Shown in pieces: positions 13,091-25,657 of a DNA stretch of 64,000 bases. Source of the stretch: Octopus sinensis (lineage: Eukaryota); the NCBI RefSeq assembly GCF_006345805.1, contig NC_043018.1, forward strand, positions 22,940,001 through 23,004,000, in the 5' to 3' direction. The notes under the pieces were generated by a model that saw only the letters and a program-made list of their open reading frames with translations, did not search any database and was not told where the DNA came from. Numbering within the stretch: the first letter of the stretch is position 1; every line of letters starts with the position of its first letter. Both the position numbers and the translations under genes were made by a program.

Positions 13091-13310
13091 TTATTACCTC
13101 TGCATTAGCGAAGGTGGAGGTATTATTTTCAGTCATGTTTGTTTGTCCATGGACAAGATATCTCAAGAACCGCTGGATGGATTCGGATGAAACTTTCAGA
13201 GATGATTGGCCTCGTGACTGGCACAAACTGATTAGATTTTGGGATCAATCCGGTACCGGACAAGGATGCTGGATTATTTTTACTGTATTTTACTTAATTT
13301 TTGAGAGCGG
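13091..13310 (+). mobile_element. Helentron/HINE-like non-autonomous fragment
   Basis: Starts ttattacctctgc...gtggaggt (hairpin), followed by gtttgtttgtc and gatggattcggatgaaacttt, resembling the typical HINE layout (from recall). Confidence 0.45.
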
Positions 13311-13603
13311 TGGGGCTACAGCAGAAAGCTCTTTCCCCCAATGTACTGCAAAGTAGGACTGAACCTGAAACCGTGGCTGTAACCAAGTCTGCACCTTCCT
13401 TAGAAATCTCACTCCCTTCTCCTTTCCCTCTCTCTGCCCCTCTCTCATCCCCTCTCTCTCTGTGCTCCTCTCTATGCCCATATTTAGATCACAGTGAACT
13501 TAGTATATTAGGTTAGAGATTAAGATAGCCTCTACTCTCCTTCCTCTGCCCCTCCCTCTCCAATTTAATTGACCCAGAGAGAAGAGGTTACAGCAAGGAA
13601 GAT

Positions 13604-13643
<40 letters not shown>

Positions 13644-14162
13644 ATGAGAGAGTGGATGCTGAGCTAGGTTGGCAGATAAATTATTCTAAAAATAGTCGGA
13701 CCTCTTCACTCACCTCATTATTAAGAAGACTATTACTTCTCTGTTTGTGATAAGGAGTGACTGACCCTTGCGCTTAACTACATTCCACTTGAGGCTCGCG
13801 TAATGGCAGTGGTTGTGGTGGTTATTGTTCTATTCGAGGAGATCAAGAGAGAGATTATATAGTAAAGGGGAGTGGAAGGGGTTGGGGGGGGGGCTTTTAT
13901 GTGGCTGTTTTTCTCCCTTTTGTTACCCTATTTGTTTTTTCTGCTTTGTCAAAAATACACCCACATGCATTAACACATGTGTACACACAGCTGTGTGTAC
14001 ACACGCATGCACACGTATGCACATATACATTCATACTCTGTTATTCTTCAGATTTACATAGTTCTTTTACGCATGCACACACACACACACACAATTCCTT
14101 GGGGCTATTTGTCCAGAGGAAGATAGGCCACTTGGATTGTCACGATTATTATTATATATATA

Positions 14163-14228
<66 letters not shown>

Positions 14229-14230
<2 letters not shown>

Positions 14231-14617
14231 AGCAGGAGTGGCTGTGTGGTAAGTAGCTTGCTAAACAACCACATGGTTCGGGTTCAGTCCCACTGCGTGG
14301 CATCTTGGGCAAGTGTCTTCTGCTATAGCCCCGGGACCGACCAATGCCTTGTGAGTGGATTTGGTAGACGGAAACTGAAAAGAAGCCTGTCATATATATG
14401 TATATATATGTGTGTGTGTTTGCGTCTGTGTTTGTCCCCCTAGCATTGCTTGACAACGATGCTGGTGTGTTTACGTCCCCGTCATTAGCGGTTCGGCAAA
14501 AGAGACCGATTAGAATAAGTACTGGGCTTACAAAGAATAAGTCCCGGGGTCGAGTTGCTTGACTAAAGGCGGTGCTCCAGCATGGCTACAGTCAAATGAC
14601 TGAAACAAGTAAAAGAG
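14229..14617 (+). mobile_element. Family 1 SINE
   Basis: Full head, CORE-like segment, microsatellite and tail; follows (TA)n. Confidence 0.9.
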
Positions 14618-14881
14618 TATGCACACACACACACAATTCTTTGGGGCTATTTGTCCAGAAGAAGATAGTTAGGCCACTTGGATTATCCCAATTATTTATA
14701 TATATATATATATATAAATATTTTCAAAATAAGAATAGTTTTTTTGTGGTTTGGAATTTAACTCTTATTTCTAGCATGATGGAAAACCACTTGGTGGCTT
14801 TCCCTCAGTGTATAACTCTTATACACACACATATATAAATATAGATATACATAGATATATTCAAATAGATATGCACACACA

Positions 14882-14930
<49 letters not shown>

Positions 14931-14932
<2 letters not shown>

Positions 14933-15159
14933 GGTTGGCCAAAAGTCACCCAACAGTAAGCCAAAAATTCCATAAATACTTAATATTCAATTTTATTTAT
15001 TCATTCCAATTTGAATGCTGCGAGTAAAATCACCGTTTTTTTTGTCTTTTCAACATTTGTATATTTATTAGTGAAGAAGTCTCATAAAATAAGTTTTTGT
15101 TTTAATCTTGGAATTTGAATGGTTTTGATTTACTGTCAGGTGACTTTTGGCCAACCCTG
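14931..15159. mobile_element. Tc1/mariner-type MITE
   Basis: 20-bp TIRs agggttggccaaaagtcacc / ggtgacttttggccaaccct, then g and TA on the right. Confidence 0.75.
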
Positions 15160-15164
15160 TATAG

Positions 15165-15450
15165 GCACGTAAAAAGCACCATCCGTTCGTGGCCGTTGCC
15201 AGCCTCGCCTGGCCCCCGTGCCGGTGGCACATAAAAAGCACCATCCGATCATGGCCGTTTGCCAGACTCGTCTGGCACGTAAAAAGCACCCACTACACTC
15301 ATGGAGTGGTTGGCGTTAGGAAGGGCATCCAGCCGTAGAAACACTGCCAGATCAGACTGGGCCTGGTGCAGCCTTCTGGCTTCCCAGACCCCAGTTGAAC
15401 CGTCCAACCCATGCTAGCATGGAAAGCAGACGCTAAACGATGATGATGAT
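15165..15450 (+). mobile_element. (GAT)n-tailed retroposon fragment (family 4) with internal ~55-60-bp tandem units
   Basis: Repeated ggcacgtaaaaagcacc units, then ggaagggcatccagc...ccatgctagcatggaaagc...(gat)n. Other copies lie at 21190-21525, 32141-32530(-), 34420-34830, 28820-28990, 31750-31940(-) and 18480-18760(-). Confidence 0.8.
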
Positions 15451-15454
15451 ATAT

Positions 15455-15590
15455 GTAGTACATTACATTATTTACATTGGACAGATATGTGTCCTCATCT
15501 TGTTTGTTGTTACCACATTTCGGCTAATTTACTCTCCAGCCTTCATCCAACCCTGATTTCTCATTCCTAATGTATTTTTTGCTGATGTTA
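15455..15590 (-). mobile_element. Third, degenerate copy of the same fragment in inverted orientation
   Basis: Reverse complement reads aaaaaatacattaggaatgagaa...gatgaaggctggagagtaaattagccgaaatgtggtaacaacaaacaagatgaggac; the stem I region is deleted. Confidence 0.6.
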
Positions 15591-15749
15591 TTATTATTGA
15601 ACTCAGAATCTTGGGGTTAGTAGCCTGCGCTCTTAGCCATTACACTATATGCCAATGGACAATTATAGAGTGAATTTTTGGGCTTATAAGCCTAAAATTT
15701 TTGTATCCTTCCTTAATACCAGTTCCCATATTCTATTCATATCTGCACT

Positions 15750-15900
15750 ATAAATGAGAACCCAGAGTTGGGTTCAAAATTACCCCAGGGAACCTGATGA
15801 AGGCTGGGATGTAAATCAGCCGAAACATTTTGGTAACAACAAATAAGATGAGGACACATATTCGTCCAATGTAAATAATGTAAAAAATTCCTCATCTCTA
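15750..15900 (+). mobile_element. Second copy of the Penelope-type hammerhead fragment (stem III mutated)
   Basis: cctgatgaaggctg...cagccgaaacat at 15793-15828, with the same downstream caacaa..aagatgagga...aatgtaaataatgt as the 9.9 kb copy. Confidence 0.65.
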
Positions 15901-16227
15901 AAAAATATATATATATATATATAGAACAGTAGTACATTATGATGAAAATAATTTTACATTGTTGAAGGATTTTTTAATGCATTTGGTAGAATAGAAATTT
16001 ATAATTCACTGTGTATACTATTCTTGCTAAAGAGTAATACACACACACACACAATGGCTACTTTTCTGTCTCCATCTACCAAAACCACTTCCAAGGCAAA
16101 GGTTGGCTTGAGGCTATTGTTTTAATCTTGACCACAGTGCCAAACAGTGGGAATGAACCCAAAACCATGTAGTTGAAGAGCAAACTTCTTTACTCTCTTA
16201 GCCTCGTCTGTGCCTTTAATCTGCTTT

Positions 16228-16636
16228 CTTTACTCTTTACTCTTTTACTTGTTTCAGTCATTTGACTATGGCCATGCTGGAGCACCGCCTTTAGTCGAGC
16301 AAATTGACCCCGGGATTTATTCTTTGTAAGCCCAGTACTTATTCTATCGGTCTCTTTTGCCGAACCGCTAAGTGACGGGGACGTAAACATACCAGCATCG
16401 GTTGTCAAGCAATGCTAGGGGGACAACCACAGACACACAAACACGCACACACACATATATATACATATACATATATACGACAGGCTTCTTTCAGTTTCCG
16501 TCTACCAAATCCACTCACAGGCATTGGTCAGTCCGGGGCTATAGCAGAAGACACTTGCCCAAGATGCCACGCAGTGGGACTGAACCTGGAACCATGTGGT
16601 TGGTTAGCAAGCTACTTACCACACAGCCACTCCTGC
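16228..16636 (-). mobile_element. Family 1 SINE
   Basis: Reverse complement of 14229-14617. Confidence 0.9.
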
Positions 16637-17296
16637 TTTTTACTTTTTTTTTTTTTCTTTTTGCCACCTTGCAATTTTTGTATTTTGTTACATAAGCAAT
16701 CGGACAATTTGCCTCTTCACACAGAAAGAAGACCCTCTTTGTTACTAGCAGAGCAAACTCCCTCCCAGCCTTCACCACCATCACCACCACCACCACCGTT
16801 GCTAATTAGGTCACCTCATTTACAGAAACCTCTCAACTACCTCCAGTGAGCCTTCTGGGCATTTGTAAAAATATAATTACTTTCATGGGGCCGGGTCTTG
16901 CTGTTCACTATTCTTGTGCATCTGCTGCATATGAGATCCTTCTTATTTTAACCCATAAAGCACTGGGATTTGCATTTACATGGCAGGGACTGCTGAGCAC
17001 ATCTTATGAAAATGAGACCACTAGACACACACAAAAACCAGAAAATAGTTAAAATATCTTCTTAGTATATAATGGTGGCAAGTTTTATTTCATCTAAAAA
17101 GTCATTAGTTGAACTATTTAGTCCTCTTGCATTCTGGTGGGTATCTGAGCATTTGAGTAACATTGGACCCCCAACAAACACCCATAAATTAAATGCATCT
17201 ATCTGAGCCATGATCATAACCTGTTGACCTGTGCCTGATGGCCACAAATGTTTTTCTTCTTGTAATGTTTGTTGTTGCTGTTCTTGTTAACTGCAG

Positions 17297-17444
17297 AGAT
17301 GGAGAAGATACAGAGGATCCAATTCCAAGCATGCCAAACCAGTGCCGATATGGTGTTAAAAGACTAAAAGCCGTTCTACAGCCTCTCGTTGATAAAGGTC
17401 TTCAGGCTGTATTAATATTCGGAGTACCAAGCAATTTACCTAAG
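17297..17444 (+). CDS. ALAD: ALAD coding exon A, first coding exon found (phase 2 in, 0 out)
   Basis: Acceptor ctgcag at 17291-17296, donor gtaagg at 17445. Encodes DGEDTEDPIPSMPNQCRYGVKRLKAVLQPLVDKGLQAVLIFGVPSNLPK, matching the PBGS motif SLPGVARYGVKRL...VLIFGVP. Confidence 0.96.
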
Positions 17445-19728
17445 GTAAGGGGTCAGTTTTGTTCCATCATCATCGTCATCGCCATCATCATATGTATGAG
17501 ATAGAGTGCGTTGGGGCAGCTTTTCTGTGGATAAATGCTTTTCCTGTTGCCAAAGAATATTGGGAATTAAGGCTCCTGCTCGTACGAGAGTAACAGTTGT
17601 TTTACAACTGTCACTCGATGTCAAGGTCACACACACATGCACATAATAGTAAACACAAACAGTGTTTAAAGAATTCTTATAACTAATATATATAATATAT
17701 ATATATATATTAGCTGTAGAAACTCTGCCAAATCAAGATTGGAGACTGGTGCAACCACCTGGTTCGCCAGCCTTCAGTCAAAATTTTCCAACCCATGCTA
17801 GCATGGAAAGCGGACGTTAAACGATGATGATGATGATGTGTGTATGTTCTTGATAATCTTTTAGAACAAGTAGTTATACACCAATTACACTACTTTTTCC
17901 GGCCCGGGTCAAACAGTATAGTTTAAAGGCCATGGACTGACGATGTGAATTTTCAGAGGCCTCTCCCCCACTTTCGCGAGCGCGCATTTTTCTTGTCATA
18001 TATATATATATTTGAACACAAGAGAAGCAACCTTTAACAGGCAGCTTTACACGCTAGAAGAAGCAGTCAAAATGACCAAAACCACATTTAAGAGCAATTT
18101 CAAAGGGAATGGAAAATAGAAACTTTTACCTTATTTTTTTACAGTCATACCTAGGTTTCAAATTTTATTTAACGAATAAAATAATTTGCTAGGTGAAATT
18201 CTCATCAGTGACTGCACCATAACATTAACATATAATTTAGAGACCAAATAACACATATCTCATCATTATATGAAAAGATGCCTAACTAATCTTCTGAAAA
18301 TGCTAAAATCATATATGTAAAATATATAGGGAAGCGAGCCTTTTTAGAAATTTCACTACCAGTGGCCTAGCATATATAAAAAGTCAATAGACAACGTATT
18401 CTCAATATAAAATAGTGTACATTTAAACACAAGAGAAACTGCCTTTAACAAGTAACTTATATGTGTGTGTTTGTGTGTATATCATCATCACCATCATCGT
18501 TTGTCTGCCTTCCATGCTGGCAGGGGTTGGACAGCCAAGTAGAAGACTACATTAAGCTACTGTGTCTGTTTTTACATCTGGGGTGCCCTTCCTAACACCA
18601 ACCACTCCATAGAGTGGGCCGAGTGCTTTTTACATGGCACCAGCACAGGCAAGGTCAGTTTTGGCATGGTTTTTACAGCTGGATGTCCTTCAAAATGCCA
18701 ACCACATTACAGTGTGGACTGGGTGCTCTTTAAGTGGCACCTGCACTGACAGGGTCACCAAGTAACTTGCAAGACAAAGATCTTTTGAGGGTGTGGGGGC
18801 ATTGGAAGAGATGATCTTGTGTCAGATAATGAAAGGTTAGAGTGTGACAGAAAAACTCTTATCACACTCTAACCTCCATGTGTGCATGGGTCAGATGGAA
18901 TTTAGTTCAGGTGTTTTCTACAGCTGGGATGTCCTTCCCGTCACCAACTTCACCTACTTCCGAGCAAGGTAATATTTTTCTAAACCAGATATCGCATGAT
19001 GTCAAAGCAAGGAGATAGTAACACACACATGCACACAAAAACATATGTGCGCATGTGCAGTGGGCTTCTTTCAGTTTCTGTCTACCAAATCTGTACAGAG
19101 CTTTGGCTGACCTGGGGCTGCAGTAGAAACACTCGATCAAGGTGCCATGCAGTAGGTCTGAACGGTTGTCTGTTTTGGCATGGTTTCTACGTCTGGATGC
19201 CCTTCTTAATGCCAACCATTCCACAGAGTGTACTGGGTGCTTGTTTGTGTCAGACAGAATTTTGTTGAGGCAGATTTTCTTCTGCTGGATGCTCTCCCTA
19301 TTGCTAACCTTCACCTGTTTCCAAGCAAGGTAACTTTTCCTCATAACCAGATGTGTTTCATAGAATATTGGGAGTGAAGAACACTGCTTGCACGATGGAG
19401 ACATTCGATAACAAATATCATGTGATGTCAAGGCATTGTGACAGTAACACACACACACACACACATGATGGGCTTCTTTCAGTTTCCATCTACCAAATTC
19501 ATTCACCAGTCATTAGCTGGCTTGAGTCTATAGCAGAAGACACTTGCCCTAGATGCCATGCTGTGGGATGAAACCCAGAACCATATGGTTGGGAAGCAGA
19601 TTTCTTACCACACAGCCATGAACATCAAAACATCCACTTTCTCTCTTTCCTCATTGCTTTTGTATATCAAAAAAAAAAAAGACAGAAAAAAGAAACCAAC
19701 TTTCATTTTATCTCTTCTTTTTCACTAG

Positions 19729-19864
19729 GATAACATCGGAAAGAGTGCCACATCACCAAACACACCAGTAATTATTGCTCTAGAACATCTACGGAGATGG
19801 TTCCCACGTCTGCTGCTTATCTGTGATGTCTGTCTTTGTGCCTACACCTGTCATGGTCATTGTG
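19729..19864 (+). CDS. ALAD: ALAD coding exon B (Zn-binding Cys triad)
   Basis: Polypyrimidine tract + cactag acceptor, donor gtgagt. Encodes DNIGKSATSPNTPVIIALEHLRRWFPRLLLICDVCLCAYTCHGHCG, containing the DVCLCxYTxHGHCG signature. Confidence 0.97.
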
Positions 19865-21847
19865 GTGAGTCTCATCTGTCATTAGTCAACCCAAAGATCA
19901 GGTACCTGAGATGTATCCGGGGTACCACCCAAAGTTTGTCATAATTTTTAAACTGTCCCTCAACTACTAATTTTTTTCCTTCATCACCATTTCTCATCCT
20001 TTTTATCATGTTGGCATAGGTTTGATGGCTTCACATGAAATGACAAGCCGGAGGGCTGCACCAAGCTCTGGTGTCTCTTTTAGCAGGGTTTCCATAGTTG
20101 GATGCCCTTCCTAACCCCACCCACTTCAGATTTTGTTTCGGTCATTGGATTGGGTGCCAAGCTGGGTACCTACCACTTTGAAGGGTTTAATTAAACAAAT
20201 CAACCACGAGACTTATTCTATCAGGTTCTTTTGCCAAATTGTTGTTATGGGGACATAAACAAACCAACACCAGTTCTTCTCGAGTTATGCCGACTCATAA
20301 GGTCCAGTTTCATGGCGTGTATATTCGCACCTGGACAGGACGCCAGTCTGCTGCAGGACTGCTCATTTTTGCCAGCAGAGTGGACTGGAGCAATGTAAAA
20401 TAAAGTGTTTTGCTCCAGAACACGTGTTGCCCAGTCCAGGAACTGAAACCACTATCTTACGATCGTGAGTCCAACACCCTAACCACTAAGCCATGTGCCT
20501 CCAGTTGTCAAGTGAGAGAGAAATATAAACATAAACACATATGTATCATCATCATCATTTAATGTCCATTGTCCATGCTAGCAAGCTGGTGGGGAGCTGC
20601 TCCAGTCCCATTTGGCATGGTTTCTATGGCCGGCTGCCCTTCCTAATGCTGACCACTTTACAGAATGTGCTGGGTGTCTTTTACGTGTCATATGTGAATG
20701 AATTTGGTAGATGCAGACTGTGTAGAAACTGATCCGGGCTTCCACACCATTTGTATCTACCAAAGGTTTTGGTCAGCATGACGCTACAGGAGAAACCACT
20801 TGCCCAAGATGCTATGCAGTGGTTGGAGGCAAACTTCGCACACAGCCACACCTCTGTCTATGTGTGTTATCTTGTAGCTTTGAGATTTCAATGATGTGAT
20901 TTTGATTGTTTATTTTTAGATTGACATTGTAGGGTAGGTATGAGAGGCCAGATTAGGCCAGTTTGAGCTTAAAACAAGGTTAGGGTTAGATTTTATCTTT
21001 AAACCAGTCATATCCAGCCCAAATATTCTAACTTAGCAGCTTGGCAAAATGAGACCAATAGAATAATTACAAGCCTTTGAAAAAATAATTACTGAGGTTG
21101 ATGTGTTCAACAAAGACCCTTTAAGACAGTGTCCCTGTGTAGCTGCAGTCCTGTGACTGAAACACATGTAAATGATTATATGTGTCAGCCTCGCCTGGCC
21201 CCCGGTCCGTTGCCAGCCTCGCCTGGCCCCCGTTCCGGTGGCACGTAAAAGCACCATCCGTTCGTGGCCGTTTGCCAGCTCTGTCTGGCACCTGTGCAGG
21301 TGGCACGTAAAAAGCACCATCCGATCATGGCCGTTTGTCAGACTCGTCTGGCACGTAAAAAGCACCCACTACACTCACGGAGTGGTTGGCATTAGGAAGG
21401 GTATCCAGCCGTAGAAACACTGCCAGATCTGACTGGGCCTGATGAAGCCTTCCGGCTTCACAGACCCCAGTTGAACCGTCCAACCCATGCTAGCATGGAA
21501 AACGGACGCTAAATGATGATGATGATATATATGGGTAAAGACCCCCTTGGGATGGTACCTAGAACCTTCTGAGGCACAACTCTGGGCACAGTTGTTTGTG
21601 GGAAAACAGCAGTCACCCATGCATACCAAACTTGCTTCCCCATACCACTAATGTTATCCTAGGGAAAGGCAAAGGCCTGTACTGCTTGGCACCAGTGACA
21701 TTACAACTTATTTCTACAGCTGAGAGAACTGGAGCAACGTGAAATAAAGTGTCTTGCTCAAGAACGCCACACAGCTCAGTCTGGGAATCAAACTCACTAT
21801 GTCATATATATATATACACATACACATATATATATATATACATACAT

Positions 21848-22250
21848 GCAGGAGTGGCTGTGTGGTAAGTTGCTTGCTTACCAACCACATGGTTCCGGGT
21901 TCAGTCCCGCTGCATGGCATCTTGGGCAAGTGTCTTCTGCTATAGCCTCGGGCCGACCAATGCCTTGTGAGTGGATTTGGTAGACGGAAACTGAAAGAAG
22001 CCTGTCGCATATATGTATATATATATCTATGTGTGTGTATATGTTTGTGTGTCTGTGTTTGTCCCCCCCACCATTGCTTGACAACCGATGCTGGTGTGTT
22101 TACGTCCCCGTCACTTAGCGGTTCGGCAAAAGGACAGACCGATAGAATAAGTACTGAGCTTACAAAGAATAAGTCCCGGGGTCGATTTGCTCGACTAAAG
22201 GTGGTGCTCCAGCATGGCCGCAGTCAAATGACTGGAACAAGTAAAAGAGT
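21848..22250 (+). mobile_element. Family 1 SINE in ALAD intron B-C
   Basis: Full-length copy ending 145 nt before exon C. Confidence 0.9.
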
Positions 22251-22394
22251 AATACACACATATACATACATACACACAAACACATACATGTTCTCTTTGG
22301 TTGAAAATGTTTTGTTTAGCATCAAATATTATGAAGAACTGTTTCATTCTATGTCTTCATCAGTGTTTTTTTTTTTTTTTTTTCTTCTCCCCAG

Positions 22395-22478
22395 GGGTCC
22401 TCAACAAAGATGGTTCTATCAATAATGCTGAATCTATTAAACGATTATCGGAGATTGCTGTTACATACGCTAAAGCAG
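22395..22478 (+). CDS. ALAD: ALAD coding exon C
   Basis: Poly-T/ccccag acceptor, donor gtaatg. Encodes (G)VLNKDGSINNAESIKRLSEIAVTYAKA(G); 84 nt, phase 1/1. Confidence 0.96.
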
Positions 22479-22510
22479 GTAATGTCTTAACCCTTCCTTT
22501 ACCTTGTTAA

Positions 22511-22954
22511 CACTTTCGTTACCAACCCGGCTGAAACCGGCTCGGGCCCTGAGTACAAATGTCTGGTTTTCATAAGTTTCGAATTAAAATCTTCCACCAA
22601 ACTTTAGTCGCAATTTATGTTCCTAACACTAGCTGAATGATAACTAAGTTATTTTACTAAATTCTTTGTTATATTTAACCCTTTAGTGTTTAAACCGGCC
22701 ATATCTGGTCCAGATATTCTACATGTTTTATATTTGAACTAGCCATATCTAGCCTCTCACACCTAACCTACATTGACATTCTAAAGATAAGCAATCACAT
22801 CATCGAAACCCCAAAGCTATAAGATAATGCTTGATTAATTCAAAACAATTTGAGTGAAAAAGTATTACATTTAACAGAGTAATCTGAACACTAAAGGGTT
22901 AAAGTAATTAAAAGAAACACAGAGCATCTCAAAATAAATACAGTAACGAAAGGG
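22511..22954. mobile_element. piggyBac-type MITE (outer element of a nested pair)
   Basis: TTAA at 22507-22510 and 22955-22958; TIRs cactttcgttac / gtaacgaaaggg. Confidence 0.8.
22679..22898. mobile_element. piggyBac-type MITE of the ~220-bp family, nested in 22511-22954
   Basis: TTAA TSDs at 22675-22678 and 22899-22902; TIRs ccctttag / ctaaaggg. Confidence 0.88.
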
Positions 22955-23519
22955 TTAAGATTCTTCTTACACCCACCACCCACTTGGTCACTCATATGCG
23001 CCCTTCATTCAACACGTACTCTCATTACACCTTTAGTGAAGACTGTTCACCTCTTTCCTATCCAACCTTTTGACATCATTATCGTTATTTTATAATCGCT
23101 GTTGACGTCATTATCGCTATTTTATTATCGCTGTTAACATGCGTTTTTCCATGCTTAGTATCAGCTGGAGAGAGTTTATTGAGGCAGATTTTCAACAACT
23201 GGATGCCTGCCCTTTCTGTGGCCAACCCTTTCCTGTTTTCCAAACAAGGTGATATTTCCCAGTGGCCAGGCATGTGTTTTGCAGAATATTAAAAACAAAT
23301 ATCAATGGCATTCATTTCCAACAATCACATGATGCCAAAACAAGGAAGACTCAAACATATACTTACATGCATATAAACATATATATATATATATATATAT
23401 ACATATACATGCATTTATATATATACACACATACACATATATATACACATATGACACACACACACACACATAATATACATATATACATGCACACACATAA
23501 ATACATATACATGCACACA

Positions 23520-23906
23520 CGTGGAGGCGCAATGGCCCAGTGGTTAGGGCAGCGGACTCGCGGTCGTAGGATCGCGGTTTCGATTCCCAGACCGGGCGTT
23601 GTGAGTGTTTATTGAGCGAAAACGCCTAAAGCTCCACGAAGCTCCGGCAGGGATGGTGGTGATCCCTGCTGTACTCTTTCACCACAACTTTCTCTCACTC
23701 TTACTTCCTGTTTCTGTTGTACCTGTGTTTCAAAGGGCCAGCCTTGTCACTCTCTGTGTCATGCTGAATATCCCCGAGAACTACGTTAAGGGTACACGTA
23801 TCTGTGGAGTGCTCAGCCACTTGCACGTTAATTTCACGAGCAGGCTGTTCCGTTGATCAGATCAACCGGAACCCTCGTCGTTGTAACCGACGGAGTGCTT
23901 CCATCC
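23520..23906 (+). mobile_element. tRNA-headed SINE (family 3) with a (CCAT)n tail
   Basis: A box tggcccagtgg, B box ggtttcgattcc; 13-bp TSD atacatgcacaca at 23507-23519 and 23907-23919. Confidence 0.9.
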
Positions 23907-24656
23907 ATACATGCACACAAACACAAATTATGTTTTACGTGTGCAGCATTGTTGCATCTCAGTAGATAGATTTATACGCCACCTATATACACTTGAGGTG
24001 AACAGTTTGAGTTTGTCTTGAGGGCAAAACAAGAATACGGTGCCAATGAGCTGAAATAACGGCAGACTATATGTCATTTTCATTCATCTGCAGGACAATC
24101 CAAGTATGACCTTCTCCTAGCTTTTAACTATGTTTTGCTTTTCAACACACATGCATTATGTGACAATGATAATATATATCACGTCTTGTGAATTTCATTT
24201 TCTTCCATATTGTTTATAAACTCTACGGACATGAAGGAATTTCTAAAGTAAACCTAATGGCATATACCTCAGTACTATTGTTGACATAAGGTAGCCGAAT
24301 ACTGTGAAGAGGCTTTAAACAGCATACTACAAGGTGTATACACAAATATAAAATTACACACACACACATATATATATAACAAATTTCTTTCAGTTTCTAT
24401 GTAGCAAATCCACTCACAATGCTTTGGCTGGCCCTGGGCTATAGTCAAAGACACTTGCACAAGATAATACCCTATGTGGCTGACTCTAAAACCATTTGGT
24501 TAGGAAGCAGACCTCTTAAGTACCCAACCATGTCTGCAGCATCTATAGAATGCTAGAAATACTATGATAATCTTTGATTGTTTCATGTAAGGAATCGATG
24601 AAAAATCCGTTTTTGTTTTGTCTTCAAAATCTATTTCACTGTTTTGTAATATTTAA

Positions 24657-24812
<156 letters not shown>

Positions 24813-25235
24813 TAAGTAAGACTTATTTAAACGAGCCATATATGGCCCAAATCTTTTCTACCCCTTTTTATGTTCAAACTGGCCAGATCTGGCCTCTCAC
24901 ACCTACCCTACAGTGTAATTCTAAAAATAAACAATGACATCAAAATCTCAAAATTATGAAATAATGCATGATTAATTCAAAACAATTGTTCAAGCTCCCA
25001 TGTTGGAATCTTGGTACACCTTTCCATTTTGGATTTTTTATATATATATATAACGTAGACACCCACACACTGGGCTTCTTTCAGTTTCCGTCTGGAGCTG
25101 TAGCAGAAGACACTTGCTCAAGGTGCTTGGCAGTGGTACTGAACCCAGAACCATGTGGTCGAGAAGCAAACTCCTTACCACATACCCACATCTGCACCTG
25201 TTAGGTTTGTGTGTTGTGTATGTATATATATATAT

Positions 25236-25438
25236 ATAAATATAAGAGAGCGACCACTATGTGGTCTACTCTAGTGCTAAAAATAGATCCGCTATGGAAT
25301 AGCCACTAAAATTGTCACTAAAATAGCCACTAAAATGTTGTGGTATTTCTACTCGGAGACAATTTTAGTGGCTATTCCATAGCGGATCTATTTTTAGCAC
25401 TAGAGTAGACCACATAGTGGTCGCTCTCTTATATTTAT
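25236..25438. mobile_element. Foldback element with perfect ~80-bp arms, in ALAD intron D-E
   Basis: 25236-25316 is the exact reverse complement of 25358-25438; the flanks are TA-rich. Confidence 0.8.
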
Positions 25439-25613
25439 GTATAAATTTGGATTGTATTCCCTGGTTTTTTATGTGCTAAGCCACTTGGTGTTAAATTGAT
25501 GGTATTATTAAATTAATATCAAATTTTTCACCCTCATTTATGAATATATATATATATGACCTCAGTCGAACTGTCCAACCCATGCTAGCATGGAAAACGG
25601 ACGTTAAACAATG

Positions 25614-25657
<44 letters not shown>

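Noticed and set aside
14052-14100. LHSSFTHA after an AG acceptor, resembling LHSGYFHP
   Set aside because: It runs straight into (CA)n and lacks the rest of the motif.
17122-17160. LHSGGYL just upstream of exon A
   Set aside because: An in-frame stop follows and there is no splice donor or downstream match.
17238-17296. Apparent signal peptide MATNVFLLVMFVVAVLVNC in frame with exon A
   Set aside because: It is the T-rich polypyrimidine tract of the acceptor. The conserved phase-2 intron position explains it, though intron retention is not formally excluded.
18834-18875. 14-bp inverted repeat
   Set aside because: It appears to be a local fold-back within a degenerate family 4 region; too short to interpret.
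23520-23600. tRNA-like sequence (also at 27586 and 41498)
   Set aside because: A and B boxes are present, but the acceptor and anticodon stems do not pair properly and the sequence continues into a SINE body.
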